Source: Haliotis cracherodii
Lineage: Eukaryota
NCBI RefSeq assembly: GCF_022045235.1
Contig: NW_027266266.1
Coordinates: 24,862,001 to 24,926,000 of the forward strand
Direction: 5' to 3'
DNA length: 64,000 nt
The notes beneath the pieces are model-generated. The model did no database searches. It was not told the origin of the DNA and saw only the letters and a program-made list of their open reading frames with translations. Shown piece after piece: positions 52,146 to 64,000 of this stretch; the stretch's first letter is position 1; every line of letters begins with the position of its first letter. A program made the position numbers and the translations under genes.

Positions 52146-54619
52146 ATGAGCCCCTACGCCCAAGGTATGTCATTACTTCTACATTAGTAAGTTTGGCTTT
52201 TTTTCTTTCTTTAATGACTTATTTACTTAATTGACTCTGAAGTAGGCCTAGATCTAGCCGATGGAAAAGAAGAAACTTCCAAAACAAACATGAAAGATGA
52301 TCACTTGTCCAGTGTTCAGATCTTTTCCACGTTAATTGAGGCCAATTTTTCTGCCTTTTCAACAATCACATTCGTGTTTTAGTATATAAGTGAGGTTTCT
52401 GTAAATGTTTTCCAGCAGGCATGGTCAAATATTAGTAGCCATATATGGATACAGGTTACCTGTCATTAATAGTTGAGGTAGTGTTGGTTGCCAAGGCTGT
52501 TTCTGCTAATAGGATGTTGGACTTCTACAATTGTTTATAGAACTGTTCAATACGTAAACACAAACGTATTGTAAACTATTTGTAGCCTTGAACTTCAGTC
52601 CTCTCCGAACTGCCCAATAGTTAAGGCATCATAAAAGAAAGAAATTTGCCATTTTTAAAGTTTTGCTATATGTTATCATTATAAGGACTAGTGAATAGGG
52701 CTGGGATGAGTCCAAATTTACTACCCGGGTACCCATCCCCCTATTACTCGATTGTCGGTACAGATTGTCCGATTGGGAATAGTTTGCCCTGCCAAAATGT
52801 ATTTAGATACACATTTAAAACGATCTGGTCAACACCGAAGTTGACTGACGTTTTATCTTTATTCAAACATATTAAAGTCAGAAGGAATGCGTGCATAGTC
52901 CGAAAGAAATGCGAACATTAGTGACTTGTAGTGTAACCATAGAGTTCTAACCACTGAGACTTTTATCATTAAACAATATATGACGTGACTAACCACGGGT
53001 CTGGGTAGTCCTGTGGGTACCCGGGTCCAACTCAGCTTCCACCCGACCCGAGTTACCGTCCCAGCCCTACTAGTGGACTAAAATGTTTCTACCTGCCTTA
53101 GATATAGTTTACATGCCATTAATCAGTGAGTTGGTGTTTGGTTCCCAATGCTGTTTCCAATCCAGTTTGATGTTGGTCTCTACAATTGTTTATTGAATTG
53201 TTCAATAGGTATTCACAACAATCAAATACCAATGATCATATAGTTCAGTAGTAGCTCAATATCAACATACTGTGTAAAATTGTGACTGAAATGTGTACTC
53301 TCCGAAGAATAAGAAATCACTTTTCTAAACTTTAACTCCAACACTGACAACATCATCGGTAATGTTCAATTACTATTAAATACAAGGACTTTCCACTGGT
53401 CTGTATCCTGTAACATTGGGGATAAAGCACATTGTCTTGCAGTTGCAGTGACTGACTGACAATGGTGTACAAAAAACAGGACATATACTTATGTTCGTTT
53501 GTGCTATTATCTAAAAAAACACTTGACAGTTGAAGAAAGGAAATAAAATCCTGGTCACTGCTTTTTTAACACATCCAACTCGTACCTTTTCTGCAGTCTA
53601 CACCAATACAAATATATTTCTACTTTTAGCCCAACCTGTAGTAAGCAGTTCCTTCATATGTTCATGTTATCACATATCGTAAATATTCTCTTACATCTCT
53701 TAATGTCCCAAAGCTGTTTACCTAATAATACAATGATTGTGTATTGTGTACCAAAGGTTTGTGTATTTTTTTGTTATTGGCATCTAATAATTGGCAGTGT
53801 AACTTGTATTTACCACAATCTGTATATCCTAGCTGTTTTGCAAAAAAATACTAAGTAATCATCACCTTCACATTTTAGTGTGTAATACATTTACTCCAAT
53901 GACTATGGATCAACAGAATAACTGTAAACATTTTTTTTAATTTGTTCATATACTGTTCAATTGATTCTGTCTTGTTTATCCCTATTTAAGACTCTCATTC
54001 CTTTTCACTTGACAGCTGTTGACCTCGTGATCAGGTTCCCCTTGAACTTTGACATCTGGGCCCCTCCTCGCCAAGTGGGTGTCCTTTAGGAATCTACTTT
54101 GCTAGAGTTGTTGTAAAATTGAAATTGGTTCTTGTATTTCTGACTATTTCATGAGTGTATGGACTATATAATCTCTATATAACAATTATCTATATAATCT
54201 TCAACTAAGACACATAATATTGACTTGCAAACTAATGTAAATGTGGAGTAATAACCACACATCTTTGTCAATAACGTTCTCCTGAGTATCCCTTAAATTC
54301 AATCAATTTCCAGCATCTACCCTCATCTTTCTCTACTTGCTACTTAAATCTTCTCTCACTCTCTACATGTCCTTCTCTCCCTCCCTGTCAGCATCGTCCT
54401 GGGAGATACATGACCATCCTTGACCCCCTGTCAGAGCTGCCCACCCCTCCCACCTCTCTCCCTGCCCCTCTCTCTACCCCCGTCCTCAGTGATGCTTCTC
54501 ACTTCATCGAAATCAACCTCGATGATGACGACACCCCTACCCAGTCCCCAGTTCGAGTCATCCTGTCACGTGTGTCTGGATTCTTGAGGAGAGTGTTCCG
54601 TGTCAAGATGGACGCTTAG
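52146..54619 (+). CDS. Uncharacterised 101-aa protein, copy 4 (exons 52146-52164, 54016-54074, 54392-54619)
   Basis: Same structure. MSPYAQ...PTPPTSLPAP...LSDASHFIEINL. A deletion near 54285 falls in the predicted intron and leaves the CDS intact. Confidence 0.75.
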
Positions 54620-57600
54620 AGTGACATCTTGCTACCTCTTGGACGATGTGTCATATGATAATTAATTATATTAAAACATAAATACAAGATATTTTGTGCG
54701 TTTGGCAGTTTTGGACACTTTGGAACATTTTTTTTACTTTTCGTACCTTTCGGACATTTTGTGCTTTTGGCTTTTTTCAATTACACATTTTGGCCCTTTT
54801 GAGTGTTCCCTGTCAAGATGGACGCTTGGAGTGACATCTAACTAATTCTTGGACGCTGTGTCATATAATAATTAATTACATTCAATCATAAATACAAGAT
54901 ATTTTGTGCTTTTGGCAGTTTTTCTACTTTTCGGACCTTTCGGACACTTTTTACGCTTTCGGTGGTTTTTTTCCCCAGAAATATACGCTATTTGTATTAT
55001 ACGTTTAAAGACGTATAGTTTGATTTACACATTTAGGCACTTTCGGACAAGGTATTAACGCCTATTTTATTTGATTAAATCGATTACCAATCAATATCAA
55101 CTATTAAAGATTGTCTTTAGTTTTTAGCCCCTTTGCTTTGTCTTTTGTTAAATAACACACGATCTTGAAAATCAATCAAGCAACGCGTGGTATGTGCAGA
55201 AACTGCATATAACGTTTATAGCATCATATATTGTTCGTGTGGACTCATCACAACAGATAGTGACAGATTCTGACTCGATTCCTTGCATCTCTCTCAACAT
55301 ATTTGCTACAGCATATAACATAGACTTACAATACTAAGAGAGCCAGGTGCCCTGTTGGTACGCAGATTTGGGTTCTATTTAAAGTGTAATCAGCAGTGTG
55401 GTACGCGGGACGCAAATAAAATCGTTTTTGATACGCAGATTCAACATCTCTAAAATAAAAGGTGTAGGTTACAAAATCCTTTACATATCATATTTTTTTC
55501 TGTGATTGAAGTTTAATTGCACCCTTTTCTCAATGCTTTTGAGTGTTGCAGTAAGTAGTATTCGGGATTCAGGGGTGAGCAATTGCACCCTCAATACTTG
55601 TACCACTAAGATCAATTTGTGCATACAGTCCCTGGAGTCTGTACTGAACTACGCTAACGAAGTCACATGACTCAAATTAGATCCCAGATTAGTTCTGTCC
55701 TACTACTGCTGAACACTGGATTTGATTAAAATGGTACATAAATGACAATCATAATTTAGAGACCGTAGTGAGTAAGTTTGGTTTAACGCGGCTTTGACGC
55801 AGGTTACAGGCGGATAGCACTAGCTCGGGTATAGTGCTGACAGAGCAGGGGTCAATACTAAGGAGAATCCAAGATTCGAATCCACGATCATTTGGTCCTG
55901 GTACAGTGACCGACGCAACTGCACAGATACCAAACATCCCTTGGCCACCCTGCCCCTTTTGCATATTCGAAATAATGCTAGAGTAGCTGGTCCTATGTCC
56001 TAGAATTCCTTGATGTCCTATGTAGCTGTACTAAAGAGGAGGCGCATTCATCGACTATTGGGACGAGTTTATAGAAATCTTCCGGCCATATCACGACGAT
56101 GGACATCAAGTCACTAGCTTATACTGTAGTCTGTCTTTGAATATACGTAAGTGTGTGAGTGAGTGAATGTTCTTCAGTAATATTTCAGCTATATCAAAGC
56201 AGTCTGTAAGTAATCGAGTCTGGACAAGGAAACCAGTGGTTGACTGCATTAGCAACGACCCACATGGTCGAAGCACGGTCGAGTGGGGGGGATTATTCTA
56301 CCCAGCAATCTCCAAGTGGGGTTAGTAACTCAGGTTCCCTGTTTTATTTCTACACTTTTCCATTTCAATCGCCATTTGAATTGGCAGCCACAGTTGAGAC
56401 CAGTTTTTACGTTACGATATGCAAATTCGTGTAAAACGTCACAACATGTCAGTAAGTGTATCAATATTGGATCAGGCATGTGTCCTGTGTCAAACGCTGC
56501 GTTGAATAGATAATATTGATAATACCGCTGATTCATTTCCAGTGTGCTCAGAGAGATCATCCGCACGTTTCAAGTATGTTTCGCAAAGACTGTTTATTTC
56601 TACTGAAGTATAGGACAAATCACGACAGGCAAGGAAATGTCTGACCTCGAGTTATTATACAATAGGTAAAACAAAAGTATTTCATCACAAAATACTGTGT
56701 CACATGCTTTCTTCTCATTATTGTATCATAGTTAACGTTATTCATATATTTGTTCCGTCTGTTCACAGGTAGATGATATGAAGCCCTCCAATCGCTAGTG
56801 ACGCATCACTGAGCAGCCTTCGTCTCCATCTGATGTGTATCGCGCCCGTTATAAACATGTATCAGTGGAATGTTGTAATAAAATCCTATTGTGAATGTTA
56901 AGCTGTTGTGTGCTTCTTTGTAGCTCTGTTAAAATTGTTTTGGTGTAATTATCACTTGAGTGAGTGAGTGAATTGGGTTTAACGCTGCTTTTTACAGTTT
57001 GTCCGTTTGCAAAGTGTGGAATGAAGTTCTTGAGAGCTTATAGTTTTAGTGAAATCCACGTGAACAGGATTCGAACCTGCCAAGGGCCGAACATCTGGAC
57101 GTGTTGTATCCTTGGTGAGTGTTTTGTAATTGGTTACCAGTGGAAAGAAGGTATCCAAGATCCACCTCTACCCCTTCATCATGCTTTATGCATGCTGGAA
57201 CAGTAGTAGTGGTTGTAGGGTAGCATTCTTCAATCGAAGATTGTATTTGAGGATGATTTTATAAAACATCCAACATGTCCTGAGTTATTGTAAAACACGA
57301 GGACATTTTTTGCTTCCATTTTTTTTATTTCAGAAAAATAATAGAAACAGTCCCTTCGGACTACACTCGTCAGTAAGTTAATCAGACTCGTCATTCATAT
57401 AAGTGACTGCCTGAATCGGTGGAAAGTCAGGATGAAATAAACTGGTTAAAGTTACTGTGGCGTCTGTGCCGTGTACCTGTATTAGGGCGCTATTTATCCC
57501 CAATATTGCACGGGGAGAATCAAGACAACTACATTGTTCGACACGATCATTTATTCTCCCCAAGGGAAGTAACTCTCATCGGCACATCATATTCGGTAAA

Positions 57601-60117
57601 GGTCAACGAGATTATCTCCCTTATATCCCTTACTCGCCACATCACCCTTTGCTTTTTAAAATTAAACCACTCGAACAAAACACATTCTGCAACATTTTTG
57701 TATGAACGGGACGGACAGCACCTATTCCTATATCCCCCTTCCACTTTGTGGTGGGGAATAAAAACAACTAAAAAAGTATTCAGGGAGACAAAAATCAGCA
57801 AGATTATAAAATGGTCATATTATGTAAATGTTAATACCGTATTAGAGTATTATCCACGGTGCCGTATCAAAACACTAAAACATAATGGCTATACATAGTG
57901 TGGCTCCATTATATGTAGTGAAATGAAAACTAACAGATGCAAGACTGTTTGTTTTTTCTTCTAAATAAATGCTACGAACTTTCATCATAAATACCTTGCA
58001 CACTTTTGAAGCTTAATAATAACCACCGTTATAAAACAACACCCGTGACACGTGTGCTTACCTGACGTTAATGTTTTGTTGCTACCCGATAAATATGATG
58101 CATTATCAGTAAAGTACAACAAATACATTCCCCTGAATATCCTTAAAATGGACACAAACAAGTACTAGTACTTATACTGGTAAACCTACAGTCAGTTTCT
58201 GACATTCATACAATTGTATCAACCTGCAAGTTGAACTTGAAACAAGAGAACTGACACGCGACAATAAAATTGTTACTTAAATCTGAAATACCATAATACA
58301 TGTAGTAACCATGATAATACAGTCTACAGAACAATTAATAAAATCAGAGTCATTGACTGAATATGTCCGTATCTTTGAGTGAGTGACTTCACCAATTTGT
58401 TGTTTGTTTATTTGTTGTTTAACGTAACACTCTGCAATATTCCAACTATATACGACGGCGGTTTGTAAATAATCGAGTCTGCACCAGACAGTCCAGTGAT
58501 GGATATCATGAGCATCAACCAAGTCAACGAGCCTGACCACCCGATCCGTTAGTCACCTCTTGCGACAAGCATATTCATCTTATGACAAGCATAGGTTGCT
58601 GAAGACATATTCGAGTTTCATCTAGTTTTTGACACAATTGGATGAGGAAGAGACTAAATGGATGTCAACTACTTCATTATGAGGAACACAACGTTTCGGA
58701 GTATATGCTTTCTCCTTCATCAGGTGTAGCAGCAGTGGAACCAGTTTACGGTACATCATCATATCATCGGTAAGGTCAACTGGATTATCTCCCCTATTTA
58801 TATACTCGTATAAAACGAACTTGTCATGCACACACTGAAGTTGACGGAAGTTTTATCTTTATTCAAACACATAAAGTCAGAAGGAATGCGTGGCTAGTCA
58901 GAAAGAAATGTGAACATTTGTAACTAGTAGTGTAACCATGGTGTTCTAGATAATTTTGCCATTAAACAATATATCATGTGAATAACCACGTGTCCGGGTA
59001 GTCCTGTGAGTACCCGGTTCCTACACAGTACCCACCCGACCCGAGTACCCGAATTACCCGTCCCAGCCCTACTTATGTCTAAACTTTTCTTCGCCCCATT
59101 ACCCAAACAGTAACAGGCTCCTTACTTCTTTGGTGTAGACACAAAATGCACTATACCTTCTTCGTGTGCAAATATCCTCTTTAATACAGAAAGTTGAATA
59201 GTCTTGCAATTTGTGACAGCGAAATACTAAAACTGCAAAAAAAACAGACGTTACTAAATAGCAAAAGGCACAGGTTAAGCATTTGTCTGGTGAGTATACA
59301 AAGTTTTACCAAAATGTCACCATTTATCAATGGTTTATGATTAATGTTCTGGAAAAGAGCCCTACCTTGAACGAAGTCATGAATAGAAAATGGCACTTTC
59401 CTGCTCTGTTTGCCGGGACTGACTACTGTTGTGCTAACAATTACTTGGGAAGGTGCCCATTGCTGTTATTTAACCAGTTCACTTTTCCTTCACTTCCAAA
59501 GCCTCTATGTGAAGGTCGATAGTTAACAGTTCTGAAGAGTGTGTCCAGTCAAGTCCACAACGACCGTTTCATTTATTTATTTTTCTGTATTCCAAAGATT
59601 TTTAACATCCTACCTTATACAGAAGCCTATTGGCTGCTAGATTTTGATGCTCTGCGTCGTCGCTATTGTCTTGTCTGATATGCATACAATCTATACAACT
59701 CAGCAGCGATAAAACATGCAGTTTTGCCCACTATAGTCCTTATAAAGGTAACATATAGCAAAGCCCTTTAAAAAGGCACTTTTCTACTTGTAATAATGAT
59801 ACTTTAACAACTGGGTCCCAGTCTGGCGAGGACTAACCTACTAGAGCCAATTTTTAACGCTGCTCTATGTGAACTCACTCGTTTTTAACCACCCAACAAC
59901 TGAAAACATTACTGGGATCCTGACTTGCGTAGAGCAAAAAGAAAACCAGTCAAGCTGTCACGTCACGTGATACTATGACCGTCTCGCAAGATTTATGACG
60001 TCGCCATGACGACACTGCACTACTGATATCGCCATTGTTATCATCAAATTGCTATCATCTTGCTACTGTTTTGCTGCCATTTGCGTCGTATTTCGCTCAT
60101 TTTCGTCTGTGTACACT

Positions 60118-62656
60118 ATGAGCTCCTACGCCCAAGGTATGTCATTACTTCTGAATAAGTTAGTTTGACTTTATTCCTTCTTTTATGACTTATTTACTGA
60201 ATTAAATCTGAAGTAGGCCTACATCTAGCCAATGGAAAAAAGAAGAAACTTCCAGAACATACTGCCATCAAAGATGATCACTTGTCCAGTGTTCAGATCT
60301 TTTCCACGTTTATTGAGGCCGATTTTTCAGCCCTTTGGATCTAAACACATTGGTGTGTTTTTTTATTTAATCTAGCGATATCTACTCGACTTCAGACTGA
60401 TGGAGTGGTTCTCGACCTGGATACCATCGATTTTATGGGGACTGATGAGGGGATACCAAAAGAGATACGCTGGATCCAAAACATTTAACAATACATTCAG
60501 GGTACATTTCGATAGATCTAATTGTACCCCAGGCACATGTCGATGGGACCCAGGTCGAGAACATTCTCATCAGTGTCAGTCCACTAGTCCTTATAATGAT
60601 AACATATAGCAAAACTCCTAAATATGGCAAATTTCTACTAGTCCTTATGATACCTTTACTATTGGGCAGTTTGGCAAGGACAACAGGACTAGTGCCAATT
60701 TCTAACGCTAGAAATCCCACAAGAAGAACTTGTCATTCCTTAAACTCTTAGTGATTCGTTTTCCTGTCCAAAATGTAGGTTATTTGCCTCTTTGTCTTAT
60801 TAACAGTTCCTTTACTAGGCCCTTTTCAGCAGACTACTGTAGTTTACCCTCCATTTGCACAAATGAGGTTTTCTGTAAGTGTGAACTAGCATGCATGGGT
60901 TAGTTTTTCGTAGCCCTACATAGATATAGTTTACACGTCATTAATAAGTGAGGTAGTGTTCGTTTCCAAGGCTGTTTCTACTAAACGGTTATTGGTTTCT
61001 ACTATGGTTTATAGAGCTGTTCAACACATAGACACAACAATCAAATACCAATGAGTATACAATTCATTAATAGCCCAATATCAGCATTCTGAGTTGAATT
61101 GTGATTGAAATAAGAATAAGAAAAAGAGAAATCATTTTTCTACCTTTTAACTCCTAGACTGACTTCACTGTTACCTATACACATACTCTTAAATACAAGA
61201 ACTTTGGTGTACAAAAACACTTCATGTACTTGTGCTCGCTTGTTATATATATACGCAGTCTTAGACAAGTCCTACAGCTCTTGCCACACTGCCCAATAGG
61301 TATCATAAGGAAAGTAGAAATTTGCCCTTTGTAAGGGTTTTACTGTGTGTATCCAGTATAAGGACTATACAGTGTTAGAAATTGGCACTAGTCCCGTAGT
61401 CCTTGCCAAACTGCCTAATAGTTAAGGTATGATAAGGACTAGTAGAAATTTGACCTTTTTAGGCGGTTAGCTATATGTTATCATTATAAGGTCTAGTGGA
61501 CTAAAACTGTTAGTTTCTACCGCTCCTATAGTGGACTAAAACTGTTAGTTTCTATCGCTGACATGGCCAGTACGTTTAGTTCAGTGTACACCAATACACA
61601 TTATATTTCTGATTTTAGCAATACTTGTTGCAAGCAATCACTTCATATACCTATGTATTCACATATATCTTTAACAATGTTTTGCAACTCTACGTGTCGC
61701 ATAGCAGTTTACCTAATAATACAGTGATTGTATATTATCTTCCAGAAATTTGTGTACTTTATGTTGTTCCACTACCTCATCATTGACAGAGTAGCTTATA
61801 TCTTCCACAATCTGTATAGCCCGCTTTTCAAAACATTACTTTAATAGGTAATTTGTATTGATGATAAGAAATTGTTTTTATATGGAGTGTTAAGACTTCA
61901 TCCAGTGATGTGATCATCGCCCTTCACTTTTCAGTGTGTAATATATTTACTCAGATGACAATGGATCAACAAAAGAACTATGAATGTTTTTAAAACTCGT
62001 TTACATACTGTTCAGTTGATTCTTTCTTCTTCATCCTTATTTAAGACTCTCATTCCTTCTTATTCCACAGCTGTTGACCTCGTGATCAGGTTCCCCTTGA
62101 ACTTTGACATCTGGGCCCCTCCTCGCCAAGTGGGTGTCTTAGGAATTATTAATTTACTAGTTGTTCTAAAACTGAAACTATGTCTTGTATTTGATGAGTG
62201 TATGGACTTATGTATATGATCTTTAACTAACACACATACTATTGACTTGCAAACTAATGTACATGTGGAGTAATAAACACACATCTTTATCACTAACGTT
62301 CTCCTGACATTATGCATAATGAGTATCCCGTAAATGCAATCCATTTCCATCATCTACCTTCACCTTTCTCTACTTTCTACTTCCATCTTCTGTCACTCTC
62401 TACATGTCCTTCTCTCCCTCCCTGTCAGCATCGTCCTGGGAGGTACATGACCATCCTTGACCCCCTGTCAGAGCTGCCCACCCCTCCCACCTCTCCCCCT
62501 GCCCCTCTCTCTACCCCTGTCCTCCGTGATGCTCCTCACTTCGTCGAAATCAGTCTCGATGATGACGACACCCCAACCCAGTCCCCAGTTCGAGTCATCC
62601 TGTCACGTGTGTCTGGATTCTTGAGGAGAGTGTTCCGTGTCAAGATGGACGCTTAG
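60118..62656 (+). CDS. Uncharacterised 101-aa protein, copy 5, divergent unit (exons 60118-60136, 62071-62129, 62429-62656)
   Basis: Coding exons 1 and 2 are identical to copy 3 although intron 1 is heavily rearranged. Exon 3 has several synonymous changes and no indels. Confidence 0.78.
60396..60574. mobile_element. ~180-bp MITE with ~35-bp imperfect TIRs, unique to unit 5 intron 1
   Basis: actgatggagtggttctcgacctggataccatcga versus reverse-complement actgatgagaatgttctcgacctgggtcccatcga. Confidence 0.7.
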
Positions 62657-64000
62657 AGTGACATCTTGCTACCTCTTCGACGATGTTTCATATAATAATT
62701 AATTACATTCAATCATAAATACAAGATATTTTTTGCTTTTGGCATTTTTGGACATTTCGGACGTTTTTCTACTTTTCGGACCTTTCGGACACTTTGTGCT
62801 GTTGGTTGTTTTTTTTCCCCCAGAAATAAACGCTATAATACGTTTAAAGACGTATATTTTGATTTCCACATTTAGGCACTTTCGGACAAGGTTTTAACAT
62901 CGAATTAATTTTATTTGATTAATTCGATTACCAATCAATATTAACTATTAAAGATTGTCTTTAGTTTTTAGCTCTTTTGTTTTGTCTTTTGTTAAATAAC
63001 ACAAGATCTTGGTAAGTGCAGAAACTGCACATAACGTTTATAGCATCATCTATTGTTCGTGTAGACTCATCACAACAGATAGATTCTGACTCGATTCTTT
63101 GCATCTCTCTCAACATATTTGCTATGACATACAACATAGACTTACAATACTAAGAGTGCCAGGTTTCCTATCTTGGTATGCGGGATCCGGGGGTCTTTTT
63201 AGAGGGTATTCGGAACTCAGCAGTGTGGTACGCGGAACTCAAATTAAATCGTATTTGATTCGCAGATTCAATATCCATAAAATAAATACTGTTCGTTAAA
63301 AAATAATGTTTATATTTTATATTTTCAGTTAAATAAGTTTAATTGCCCCCTTTCTGGCAATGCTTTTGATTGTTGCGGTAAGTTGTACTCGAGATTCAGG
63401 GGTGAGCAATGGCACCCTCAATACTTGTACCACTAAGATTAATTTGTACATACAGTCCCTGGAGCCTGTACTCACCCCTTGTGAGCCTACGTTTCATAAC
63501 CGAGAGTGAGTGAGTAAGTTTGGTTTAAGCGGCTTTGACGCAGGTTACGGGCGGATACCACTAGCACGGGTCGGGTGCTGACAGAGCAGGGGTCAATACC
63601 AAGGAGAATCCAAGATTCGAACCCACGATCATTGGGTCCTGGTACAGTGACCGACGCAACTGCACAGATACCAAACATCCCTTGGCCACCCTGCCCCTTT
63701 GCATATTCGAAATAATGCTAGAGTAGCTGGTCCTGTGTCCTAGAGTTCCTTTATGTCCTATGTAACTGTACGAAGTAGGAGGCGCTTTCATCGACTCTGG
63801 GTACGAGTTTATAGAAATCTTCCGGCCATATCACGACGATGGATATCAAGTCACTAGCTTATACTGTAGTCTGTCTTTGAATATACGTAAGTGTGTGAGT
63901 GAGTGAATGTTCTTCAGTAATATTTCAGCTATATCAAAGCAGTCTGTATGAAATCGAGTCTGGACCAAGGAAACCAGTGGTTGACTGTATTAGCAACGAC

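Larger units (their letters stand above)
1..64000 (+). repeat. Tandem array of ~7.7-8.1 kb units (5 copies: 1-21266, 21267-38126, 38127-47211, 47212-56421, 56422-end)
   Basis: Marker caaattcgtgtaaaacgtca recurs at 1, 21267, 38127, 47212 and 56422, and the same short ORFs recur in the ORF track. After removing insertions, units 1-4 are about 8042, 7888, 8066 and 7733 bp. Unit 5 is clearly more diverged. Confidence 0.97.

Noticed and set aside
1-64000. CRISPR array, prokaryotic operon or rDNA/histone repeat
   Set aside because: No short repeat-spacer pattern, no rRNA or histone sequence, and the genes contain spliceosomal introns.

Overview
AT-rich animal genomic DNA with GT-AG introns, SINE/MITE/LINE debris and no prokaryotic features. 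The repeat content looks molluscan (possibly abalone-like), which is an inference. The window is a tandem array of five ~7.7-8.1 kb units starting near 1, 21267, 38127, 47212 and 56422; unit 5 is divergent and cut by the window end. Each unit carries a three-exon gene that the ORF track misses, encoding a ~101-aa protein I do not recognise (MSSYAQ|AVDLVIRFPLNFDIWAPPRQ|HRPGRY...FVEINLDDDD...LSRVSGFLRRVFRVKMDA). It is intact in all five copies and sits behind a CACGTG/TCTCGCGAGA/TGACGTC motif cluster. Units 1-4 are each interrupted upstream of the gene. Unit 1 holds a 13.2-kb AcademH-type DNA transposon with a 9-bp TSD, an intact spliced RecQ helicase and a convergent multi-exon transposase. Unit 2 holds a decayed 9.0-kb Gypsy LTR element with a tRNA-Pro PBS and a MYND finger. 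Unit 3 holds a 1-kb TA-flanked non-coding element. Unit 4 holds a solo LTR at the same site as unit 2. Each unit also has MITEs and a Penelope-type minimal hammerhead motif. Gene models come from splice signals and phase consistency read by eye; no database searches were run.
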